Below are positions 18,501-27,477 of a DNA stretch of 27,477 nt, piece after piece (positions within the stretch are counted from its first letter, which is position 1; each line of letters opens with the position of its first letter). The DNA lies in NCBI GenBank assembly GCA_002269645.1, contig NIVC01002403.1, positions 1 through 27,477 of the forward strand. Reading direction: 5' to 3'. The notes beneath the pieces are model-generated. The model was not told the DNA's origin, searched no databases, and saw only the letters and a program-made list of their open reading frames with translations. This DNA comes from Macrostomum lignano. Taxonomy: Eukaryota. A program made the position numbers and the translations under genes.

Positions 18501-20904
18501 AGAATGGTGAGAATTACCAGATGTGGACACCTTCCTCAGCTGCATGGAAATTTATCGCTCAGCTACACGGAAGCCCACTCAGCTACACCGAAGCCCCACT
18601 CAGCTACACCGAAGCCCCACTCAGCTACACCGAAGCCCCACTCAGCTACACCGAAGCCCCACTCAGCTACACCGAAGCCCCACTCAGCTACACCGAAGCC
18701 CCACTCAGCTACACCGAAGCCCCACTCAGCTACACCGAAGCCCCACTCAGCTACACCGAAGCCCCACTCAGCTACACTGAGCACCCTATATCACTCATCC
18801 AGCTCTCTAAAAAAATCCAGGGGCGTCGCCACCAGGGGGGGGGCATGTCCCCCCCCCAGAAAAATCTATAGGAGGGGACATGTCAATGCTTTGTCCCCCC
18901 CACCTAACCTTGTGACCCGTTAAGGAAATCAATAATTTCACTTCAGGGCGACAAAAAATAGCGCCTGTGGATCGAAAATGGTGCCTGCGGTGCAAAAATG
19001 AGTGCCTGCTGCGCTAAAATGAGTGCCTGCTGCGCTAAAATGAGTGCCTGCGGATCGAAAATGGGTGCCTGCGGTGCTAAAGTGAGTGCCTGCGGTGCAA
19101 AAATGAGTGCCTGCGGTGCTAAAGTGATTGCCTGCGGTGCAAAAATGGGTGCCTGCGGTGCTAAAATGAGTGCCTGCTGCGCTAAAATGAGTGCCCGTGG
19201 TGCTAAAATGAGTGCCTGCGGTGCAAAAATGAGTGCCTGTGGTGCAAAAATGAGTGCCTGTGGTGCAAAAATGAGTGCCTGTGGTGCTGAAATGAGTGCT
19301 GACAACACCACTTCTGAAAATACTGTACATGTAAAATCTTGGCTTTGTGTGCTGGGGGGGGGGGCCCAGCATAAAATTCATGGCAACGGCAACGCCCCTG
19401 GAAAAAAATTGTTTCCGCCTCCCCAGATGGACGCCGAGCAGCTTCGGCAGGCCTGCTTGCAGCTCAGCTCGACCTGCGAGCACCTCAAGCAGAGCCACGA
19501 TCAGGAGCGCCGGCTGCGCCGCAAGCTCACCGACGAGCTGCAGCGGGTCAGCAACGCGGAGGCGCACACCGCGGCAGCGCTCAGTCTGGAAAAGGAGCGC
19601 GCCAGAGCTGTCGCCTCGTCTCGAGCCTTCTTGACTGACGCCCAGCTGACGGGGTACATCGGTGGCGAGCAGTCCAGACTGCCGCAGCCGCCTCCGCAGC
19701 AGCAGCCCCAGTTGCCTCATCAGCAGCAGCAACAGCAGCCTCACATCCAGCAGGCCTCCGAGCAGCTCCAGACACTGGCTAGACCCCATCGGGGCTGGCC
19801 GCCAGTGCTGGACTGTCAGGCGTGGGGTGGAAGGTCCGTTGGCCACGGACACGAAAGCTGGAATTCCGGCCCCTCTGCTGGGGTTGACCCTGGTGGACCT
19901 GGTGGCAGGCTCACCGACATGCCCTCTGCACACTCACGCGGCGACGCGGTGGTGCAAGGCCCCTGTCCTATGGTGAGCGGGGCATTGACGGCTGGCTGTG
20001 CCATGTTGCAGTCAGACCGTTCCCGTAGGCCCATTGACCAGGTGACCCAGCGGGGCCGGCATCAACAACAACAACAACAACAACAACAGCAGCAACAGCA
20101 GCTGGACACGTTCCTTCTTGAGAAACTGCGCGCCGAATTAAATCGCAGCATCTCTAAACATCTTGAGTCAGGTGAGTCATAACAATTTGTCATTTCATCT
20201 TCTGTGGAACTTCAAACAGGCCGCCTACCCCATAAAACCGACACCCCAAATCTTCAAACAGGCCGCCACCCATAAAACCGACACCCCAAATCTTCAAACA
20301 GGCCGCCACCCATAAAACCGACACCCCAAATCTTCAAACAGGCCGCCACCCATAAAACCGACACCCCAAATCTTCAAACAGGCGCCACCCATAAAACCGA
20401 CACCCCAAATCTTCAAACAGGCCGCCTACCCCATAAAACCGACACCCCAAATCTTCAAACAGGCCGCCTACCCCATAAAACCGACACCCCAAATCTTCAA
20501 ACAGGCCGCCTAGCCCTTAAAACCGACACCCCAAAACTTCAAACAGGCCGCCTACCCCATAAAACCGACACCCGAAAACTTCAAACAGGCCGCCTAGCCC
20601 TTAAAACCGACACCCCAAAACTTCAAACAGGCCGTCTTACCCATTAAACCAACAACATATCAGAACTTCAAACAGGCCGCCTACCCCATAAAACCAGCAC
20701 CCCAAAACTCAGCTCAAATTCTCACCTGCGCTCCAATCCTAACCCGCCGCCCATAAATCCCTGAACTCAGAGGACACCGCCAGACGCAATCTGATCTCGA
20801 GTCGAGCCAAATCAACAACTCGATTGTCGGAGTCGCCTGGAGTCACAGCCGGCGAGAGTGACTTCTCCTACCTGACATACCTGAAGAGAAAGTACCTAGT
20901 TTAA
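6540..20904 (+). CDS. ANKRD26: ANKRD26-family ankyrin-repeat/coiled-coil protein, 21 predicted exons, about 1,465-1,475 aa
   Basis: Phase-consistent GT-AG exon chain: 6540-6739, 7170-7359, 7837-8038, 9585-9686, 10331-10398, 10515(or 10518)-10583, 10835-10952, 11613-11788, 12676-13122, 13858-13932, 14015-14119, 14195-14374, 15100-15273, 15370-15621, 16032-16087, 16211-16336, 16549-17025, 17501(or 17528)-17816, 18297-18506, 19427-20171, 20771-20904 (TAA). The N-terminus YNIKEKSLDKIYRAAWNG..R|TALHLACANG..DKENRTPLYRAVQ..GRTALMLAC..GRSCSDYA matches the ANKRD26/POTE ankyrin region. Exons 17, 18 and 20 are coiled coil. The C-terminus KLRAELNRSISKHLES...YLTYLKRKYLV* parallels the ANKRD26 end. Low-complexity middle exons, especially 7 and 8, are less certain. 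Confidence 0.8.
7376..7771. repeat. 26-bp minisatellite (CAGCACCCTGTTCCCTC[T/A]ACCAGCCC) x about 15, ANKRD26 intron 2
   Basis: Direct tandem periodicity. Confidence 0.95.
8299..9433. repeat. 24-bp minisatellite (AGATTGACAGGTGAAGAGTCAGT[A/G]) x about 47, intron 3
   Basis: Direct periodicity, with an interspersed variant AGATTGGCAGGTAAATAAGCAGTA. Confidence 0.95.
9790..10110. repeat. Degenerate ~19-bp tandem repeat (TTTGAGATTTCCCTCCAAG-like), intron 4
   Basis: Recurring (g/a)gatttccctc(c/a)aa(g/a)tt at about 19-nt spacing. Confidence 0.75.
11120..11590. repeat. 26-bp minisatellite (GACTGACAGGTGCAGAGACAGTGAGA) x about 17, intron 7
   Basis: Direct periodicity; shares its core with the intron-3 24-mer. 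Confidence 0.95.
13190..13800. repeat. 45-bp G-rich minisatellite (ATGGGTGCGTGTCTAGGGGCAGGGAGTGACGTGGGTGGGTTAGAA) x about 13, intron 9
   Basis: Direct periodicity; it translates as the repeating MGACLGAGSDVGGLE pseudo-ORF. Confidence 0.95.
14539..14677. repeat. 20-bp minisatellite (GTAGCTTGACCTTTT[G/A]GAAG) x about 7, intron 12
   Basis: Direct periodicity with alternating G/A variants. Confidence 0.9.
17069..17468. repeat. 22-bp minisatellite (CTGAAGCTCTCCTGAAGTCACC) x about 18, intron 17
   Basis: Near-perfect array. The unit is itself a diverged 11-bp dimer. Confidence 0.95.
17895..18240. repeat. 28-bp minisatellite (GATGCTGGGATTGATGGGGCTTGTTAAA) x about 12, intron 18
   Basis: Direct periodicity. 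Confidence 0.9.
18556..18780. repeat. 21-bp minisatellite (CACTCAGCTACACCGAAGCCC) x about 10, intron 19
   Basis: Near-perfect tandem array. Confidence 0.95.
18817..19401. mobile_element. hAT-like non-autonomous element carrying an internal 21-bp minisatellite
   Basis: TIR CCAGGGGCGTCGCC at 18817 and GGCAACGCCCCTGG ending at 19401 (13/14). 8-bp TSD AAAAAAAT at 18809-18816 and 19402-19409. Confidence 0.8.
18975..19310. repeat. 21-bp minisatellite (AAAATGAGTGCCTGCGGTGC[A/T]) x about 16 inside the hAT element
   Basis: Direct periodicity; it produces the spurious KMSACGA N-terminal extension of ORF 18998-20182. Confidence 0.95.
20211..20710. repeat. 40-42-bp minisatellite (TTCAAACAGGCCGCC[T]ACCC[C]ATAAAACCGACACCCCAAATC) x about 12, intron 20
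   Basis: Direct periodicity, degenerating towards the 3' end. Confidence 0.95.
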
Positions 20905-21409
20905 TACTTGCCTTTCGGTTGGATGTTCATGCTCATTTAAACAAATATTATGAGCTCATAAATTTCGGATGCCAGTTTTACTATCGCAATTAGGAGCGTA
21001 TTAACACGCGGTTTCTTATATTCTAACATTCTAGATTTTTTTCTTTTTACCTTCCGTCGAACAGTCTTGTTTCTCTGTCTATCTCATTTTTTTCTTAGAA
21101 TTTCACTTTTCTATTTGTTTATTTCACGTGGCCTGGATTGCATTGGTAGCAACCTTTTGTATTTTTAGTCTAAAAAAATACGAGTATATTTCCAGCTGGC
21201 CTTCTGGACTCCAAACATCTTGAGCAGCTTTTTGTACTATTATGTCATTTATACTTTTTTGCTTGTCATTTTTTAGAAATGTTTAAATGCCTCCATTCGC
21301 ATGGTTCTGCTCACCGTCAATATACCTAATTAGAACCTGAGCTGCATCTTTTTACATTATTAAAATTATTAGACGCTTCTTGGAAAACAGCCTTTTTTCT
21401 TTAAGTTGA

Positions 21410-21415
21410 AATAAA
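21410..21415 (+). terminator. Candidate polyadenylation signal for the ANKRD26-like gene
   Basis: AATAAA about 500 nt after the stop, following a T-rich 3' UTR-like stretch. Confidence 0.4.
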
Positions 21416-21534
21416 ATTCAGAGGAACGTATCACATATTTAAACTTGCTTTGACCTTCTCCGTCCAGCATCCGTCAATACATTTTATTTTTATTATTTCT
21501 ATTTACGATAAGTATACTAAAATGCCAAAGTATA

Positions 21535-21575
21535 AGTAGTAGTAATAGTAGTAGTAGTAGTAGTAGTAGTAGTAA

Positions 21576-21611
<36 letters not shown>

Positions 21612-21612
21612 C

Positions 21613-21685
<73 letters not shown>

Positions 21686-21757
21686 ATAGTAGTAGTAGTA
21701 GTAGTAGTAGTAGTAGAGTAGTAGTAGTAGTAGGAGTAGTAGTAGTAGTAGTAGTAG

Positions 21758-21829
<72 letters not shown>
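21535..21829. repeat. (TAG)n / (CTA)n trinucleotide microsatellite, about 295 bp
   Basis: Long GTA/TAG run with a few interruptions. Confidence 0.98.
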
Positions 21830-21831
<2 letters not shown>

Positions 21832-22296
21832 TGTGGTAGTGCTGACGACTGAATGCTTGAGAAACTGTCCATAAGTGTCCATAGTCACATGGGGTCATAC
21901 CTGTTGAAGGTCCAGAAGCTCCGCCTGGGTGAAGGCCAGTGACCAACGAAGTCAGAGTTGATGCAGACACATGTGGTCGACGTGCTGATGGAGGCTTTGG
22001 AGGCTTTGCAAGGCTGAACTGATGCGCAGTGCTGATTGGCGCCCAGGGGTGTACTGAATGCACTAGCGCAATTATGAAAAAAATCCGACCTTCTGGCAGA
22101 ATCGTCGAATATCTCGACTTTCCAGAGGACTGTTGACAATTGACTCTTATTTGAGAAAGTGCGAAACAAAAAGTTAGTCTTTTTTCTTGAATTTTGTGTA
22201 CCTGAGTTGCTACGTTCCACACGTACTACGAGTAATAGCAGAGGATTATGAGTTACAGTTTGAATACCGAAACTCTAGCTGTTAGAGTATATATTA

Positions 22297-22302
22297 TTTA
22301 TT
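22297..22302 (-). terminator. Candidate polyadenylation signal for the HD-domain gene
   Basis: TTTATT on the plus strand about 60 nt beyond the stop at 22363. Confidence 0.45.
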
Positions 22303-22362
22303 GACTCGAACACGTTGCACAAAAAACAAGTTAAACCAACGCGGTGCCTCCATATTCCCCTA

Positions 22363-23021
22363 TCAAGCTGGCGACTTGGAAGCCAGGTAATCCATGCAGA
22401 GCTGTTTGAACCGTCCTAGCTCGACTGTGTAGTCCACGCTCGGGTCCTTGCCAGCCTCGTCCCAGGTGCGCATCTCCAGATAGGCGCAGTGATCTGGCAG
22501 GCTCTCGAAGTGGTCGGCCTCCGCGGTGCTCATGGCGCCTCCCTGGTGCTCCAGCGTGGCCTTGCTCGCCTCCGACAGCTGCTCCCGATATCCGGGCCGC
22601 TTAGCAACCAGGTAACGCTTCGCCTGAACATGATTCAGCACGAAGGCGGTAATTTCCGGCGGGAACTGCAGCAACTCCAGATAGCGAGCTCCCAGAATGT
22701 CGTGATCCACCGTGCCGTAGTCAACGCCGTCGGTAACCATGCGAGGCACCTGGGGATCCAAGCCGCTCAGGTGATGCCCGATGTCGTGCAGCAGGGCGCA
22801 AGGACGATGTGGCTCGGCTGGTTGAGACCTTCGGCAATGAGGGCGCACTGCACTGCGTGCTGGCACTTGGAGATGTCCTCGCCGAGGTAGTTCTCGCTGC
22901 CGTACCTCTCCAGCAGGTCGAACACCTCGTCAACGCGGGCTTGAAGACTCATCTGAGCAGCTGGAATCGATCGAGGTGGCAGCTGGTAGCCCAGCTTGTC
23001 TATTGTCGAGGTTGCTTGCAT
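22363..23021 (-). CDS. phnZ: Intronless HD-domain diiron oxygenase of the PhnZ/TmpB (1-hydroxyphosphonate C-P cleaving) type, with an apparent 1-nt deletion at about 22797
   Basis: Joining ORFs 22767-23021 and 22363-22866 gives ENYLGEDISKCQHAVQCALIAE..IVLA[A]LLHDIGH..DHDILGARYL..NHVQAKRYL..LSEASKATLEHQGG.M...EA..F...RTWDEAGKDP. This is the PhnZ-family motif order, with the Tyr, His, HD, His, His and Asp metal ligands present. Start is ATG 23021 or 22952; stop is TGA at 22363-22365. Confidence 0.85.
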
Positions 23022-25673
23022 GATGAGGCAGTTTGATTGTTTTTTGTCAATTTATAAGCTACGAATATATAACGCTAGCAATTCTGTCCCACATTTTATA
23101 GGCTGAACACTGCAGCGCTGCACCTGTTGGGTTCTCGCGCTCTACATATGCATGTAGAGTATAGTGTGCTGTGTACACAATCTGTATATTGCAGTATAGC
23201 TGCCCACCGAGAGAACTGCGTGAGTCAGACTTTACCGCAGCACTGGTGGCACACAGCAATTTTTAGCTGTCCCTATCTCTTGAGTGTTTTCTTCTTTTTT
23301 CGATCGCATTTGTCTATGGTAAAACCCCTATTATAAGAATGTTTGTAAACTCCGTTGAAATAACGCAACAAATTGTATTTTAAGTGTTGACGCTCTTCTT
23401 ACGCGTACTGAATTTTCTTCCGCCCTAATTTAAGGAGATGTACGCTTGTATAATTACTGCATGAATGTGGCATTTTCTTGTTCTTTTTTGAATCAAGTAC
23501 ATGTAGTATATTAACTAGAGCGTTATGGACGTTCAAACATACAAACCTTAGAGATTTAGTGTATTTAGATTGTAATAAAATTAATTGGAATGTATGTAGG
23601 TACTCGATCTTACATAGTCTTAAGCTAAAGCTTGCTGGCTTAAAAATTGATATAGCTTTTTAAAGACTAGATCAACAACATGAAAAATTTCAAATGATAT
23701 TGCTAAACATTGTTGTCTGCACTATTATCAATATGACAGCCGGTATAGGAGTACATGTAGCTACAAATTTGCTTTTCGATGAAACTATACCTACAATAGT
23801 GGCTTAAGAGTACCTGGGTGCAACAATTTTACTACAAATATAGTGGATTCAAGAAAGACAAGACAAAACTTCACTTGTGAACATTTGCAACTCTTCAACA
23901 TTTGAACATTACATGTATATGAAATAAAAAGAAAACGATATGAAAATGAAACGTTCACTACACAGCTATATAAAATACAATAGAGTAACATGTTGTGGAT
24001 GCTAAATTAAGAAATGGTAATCTTTGCACCGCCCCAGATCGAATGCAATCGCATTGATTTTGTGATGAAAAAAGATTTTTTCCTATCTCCACAGTGTATT
24101 TTTTCCACGAAAATGGCCTCCTAAACAGTTACTTTGAGTCTTTGAGTTTGTACCTACTGTTGTACTTGTGCACATCATGTACTGTATGCTGCCTTGCATG
24201 CTAAAACGCGTGTGCTGCGTGGTCTGATTTCGTATGTACATGTACACATGTAAATGTAAATCATTTGTATTGTATGGTACATGTAATCTTTCATCCCAAT
24301 CCCATTCGTTTTAACTGCATGATACGAACTACCATGAAATTATCAATATAATTAAGTGTCTACTTTAGACGAAAATTATTTTTTGTCGCTTGCCCACGGA
24401 AAGTATCATACATGTATTGCACCACGTACACGTTAATAAGAACCAACCAAACCTGTACAAATAATATGCAATATATAGCACAACTGCAAAAAATAGTTGC
24501 AGATTCAAGTCTTAGTAACTATTTTTATATTTTCAAGCCATTAATAAGGATTCAAGTTGCAAACTGTGTTTAACTAAACTCAAAGAGTGGTACTATAAGT
24601 TCAAACGTAAAGGTTATGATTGTTTAATTATGATCGGCAGGCAGATCGATCGAACTACTAGCTATTAATGCTCAAGCTTAGCCGATATTTTAACAACCTG
24701 AACTATTACAACGGTGCTAGACGTGTCTTGTTGACAGTTTAAAATATTTTTACCCAATTTTTAGGATTAAAAGTCTCTGCGAATAATATGCATCTACGCA
24801 CTTATTATGGTAAATAATATTGCTATTTATTCATCTCTCTTAGTTCGGAAATATAATCCTATATCTAAAGCTGAGTGGACCGGCTGGGTTTAACACATAT
24901 CTCCTCCTAGACATGCCAACACATAAGATATAAGTTTTAAGTTGTTATTCCTATGCAGAGGGTGGGCCTATTGACTGTAACAGAAACAGATTATTGTTCA
25001 GATAAATATTCCAAATAAATTGAATAAGAATACATCTATTGCTGAACTATTTAATGTTATACATTCTTGTTTGTTTGGAATTGGTAAGATGAAAATGTTG
25101 TCAACTGTTTTATAGCTTTTTTAGGTCTTAAAAACTTAAAATACTAAGAATATAATTTATCTACAAGAGGTAGATTTAAAAAGATTTATTTAATTTTCTG
25201 TATTACTATTCAATAATATTTCAGTCATAGTAAATTATGCCTACAAAGCTATGGCTATTTCATACGGTAAACTCACTCCATCTTTAATGATAAGTTTATT
25301 TGATAAGTTTTAATATATGTGTTTATTATAATAATTTTATTGGCTATTCTAATTATAAAACTTACTTAACTTTATTTGTTAAGCCACAGTTTCCTTGTGC
25401 TAAAATATTCAATTATTTATTAGATATTTTGACTATGTTATGCTGCAAAATTATATTGGATCTAGCAGTAAATAAGCTACTTATGGATACTAGTTAATTT
25501 TTAGCAAAATGTCTGACATGATAGAGATTTACATCATAAATTGAACTTTGCCTTGAATTTCAGCTCACTCTTCAAAGTGGCTTGAACTCATCTAACCAGT
25601 AGTAGTGCCCTCCCCCAGCAGTCCCCGCCCACCCTGACGCAATAGCCCAGCTAGTGACCCCCAGCTATTCGGC

Positions 25674-26387
25674 ATGCAGCGCCTTAGCGCGGCCAGCTTG
25701 TACGACTCTGACCTGGGCATCGGCCTGGGCACCCCGATGGACACGGCCTCCATCTGCTCGTCAGTCACCTCCGACTCCGGCGTCAGCGTTGGTCCCGGCG
25801 CATCTGGCCAGATCCCCGGCCTGCGCCGGATGCAGTTCCCCAGGCCTGTGCGCGTCAGCCAGGCTCCGCCGCTGCCACCGCCGACATTGACTTCGACGAC
25901 GACACCACCGCCGACGCAGCAGCAGCAGCAGCAGTGCCAGCCTGTAGGCGGCCTCGCTCGTCCCAGAACTCTGCAACACTTGCAGCTGCCACAGCAGCAG
26001 CAGCAAAATCAACAGGCGCGACATATGCTGATGGCGAGGCCGAATTCTTCATCTCCAGTTTCGCGTCTGCAGCAGCATCAGCTGTTGTCGCCAAGCACTT
26101 CCTCTGTTTCCTCGCCTCAATCCAGCATCGCTTCCGGTAGGTCGACGCCTCAGTACGCGGTGCCAGACGCTTTGCAGCAGCAGCAGCGGCAGCAAAAGAT
26201 ACTCCAACTGCAGAAGCGGTCTCTGCCGCCCCCGCCGACTCCGCCGCCACCGCCGCCGCCACCTGCGTACAGCGCGAGTCACACCCTGCTGACGTCCAGG
26301 ACGATGCCAGCTGCTGCTGCTGCCGCATCATCGGCCTCGCCTGCGACCGCGATAGCGGTCGCCTGTCGCGGTCAGCCAGCGGGCTTG
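25674..26387 (+). CDS. Coding exon (probably the first) of an unidentified gene, disordered Gln/Pro/Ser-rich region
   Basis: 238 GC-rich codons from ATG 25674 to a phase-0 donor TTG|GTGAGT at 26387. Codon style matches the other exons. No recognisable domain. A possible next exon starts at 27417 (CGCAG|CTC, open to the window end). Confidence 0.65.
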
Positions 26388-26514
26388 GTGAGTTCTGCAA
26401 CCAAGCACTTTCATTGCGGTTTAGGTTTGAATTTTCAAAGAAAAATGCTTTATGATAATTAAATATGAATTTGGTTTTGTTCATCTCTGAGAATAGAGGG
26501 GAAAAAGGAACAAA

Positions 26515-27058
<544 letters not shown>

Positions 27059-27477
27059 AGTATGAAATCATTGAGATAATTAGACCCAGTAAACTGCTCA
27101 CTTAGCAATCAGTAAACAGCCCTTGAACTGTTTCGCTAGTTGAGCAGAAGGAATGCTTGGAATGCGATAAAGAATTATTTCTAGCATATCAGATTTTAAG
27201 CCAGCTCAAGCTTTTAAACTTTAGTTTCATTGGTCATTGCGGAAGATAGGCACAACGGATATTAATTTTTTTAGTCTTAACTTGGCGTCGAAACTGCTAT
27301 GGAAATTCTTCAACTCAGCCTTCAGACTCGTACCTCTGATCATTCTGGTTCATTATCTCATTGCATTGAAGTCTCATATTTATGTGCTTTCTGCATGGCC
27401 TGCTCCATACGCGCAGCTCACACGAACTGTATTACTGAGTCTCGCTGGTCTTCGCTTCTCAACCCAGCCTGTACCTT

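Noticed and set aside
21474-21888. Poly-Thr/Leu/Tyr ORFs
   Set aside because: Frame read-outs of the (TAG)n microsatellite.
22363-23021. Bacterial contaminant or phn operon
   Set aside because: No neighbouring phn genes. Flanks are AT-rich eukaryote-like DNA with a polyA signal and microsatellite, and codon style matches host exons. Read-level confirmation is still needed.
23059-25497. Short AT-rich ORFs in the intergenic region
   Set aside because: No host-like codon bias, splice support or recognisable motifs.
25770-25795. beta-TrCP phosphodegron in SDSGVSV
   Set aside because: The canonical DSGxxS needs Ser at position 6, and here it is Val.
27380-27477. Definite exon at the window end
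   Set aside because: Both a plus-strand acceptor (27417) and a minus-strand donor (GTGAGC) are plausible, and the stretch is too short to decide.

Overview
Eukaryotic (animal) genomic DNA with GT-AG introns, GC-rich Ala/Gln/Pro-rich exons and minisatellite-filled introns. This style suggests a free-living flatworm such as Macrostomum, which is inference only. Four protein-coding loci are supported: (1) a 2-exon Tim44-like/MAIP1-like mitochondrial protein gene (minus, 1025-2483); (2) a hand-assembled 21-exon ANKRD26-family gene (plus, 6540-20904, about 1,470 aa) with N-terminal ankyrin repeats, an acidic low-complexity middle, coiled coils and a C-terminal YLxxLKxxY end; (3) an intronless PhnZ/TmpB-type HD-domain diiron oxygenase gene (minus, 22363-23021) with a single -1 frameshift just before the HD motif; (4) a Q/P/S-rich exon of an unidentified gene (plus, 25674-26387). 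The spacer between genes 1 and 2 holds dead transposons: a non-LTR RNase H fragment and several MITEs. The most striking signal is two copies of one ~297-bp hAT-type MITE 570 bp apart. One copy has about 22 CpGs and perfect TIRs. The other has no CpG and carries C>T/G>A changes on both strands, including CpA>TpA and CG>TA, which resembles fungal RIP more than simple CpG decay. Many fake ORFs in the ORF track come from tandem repeats.
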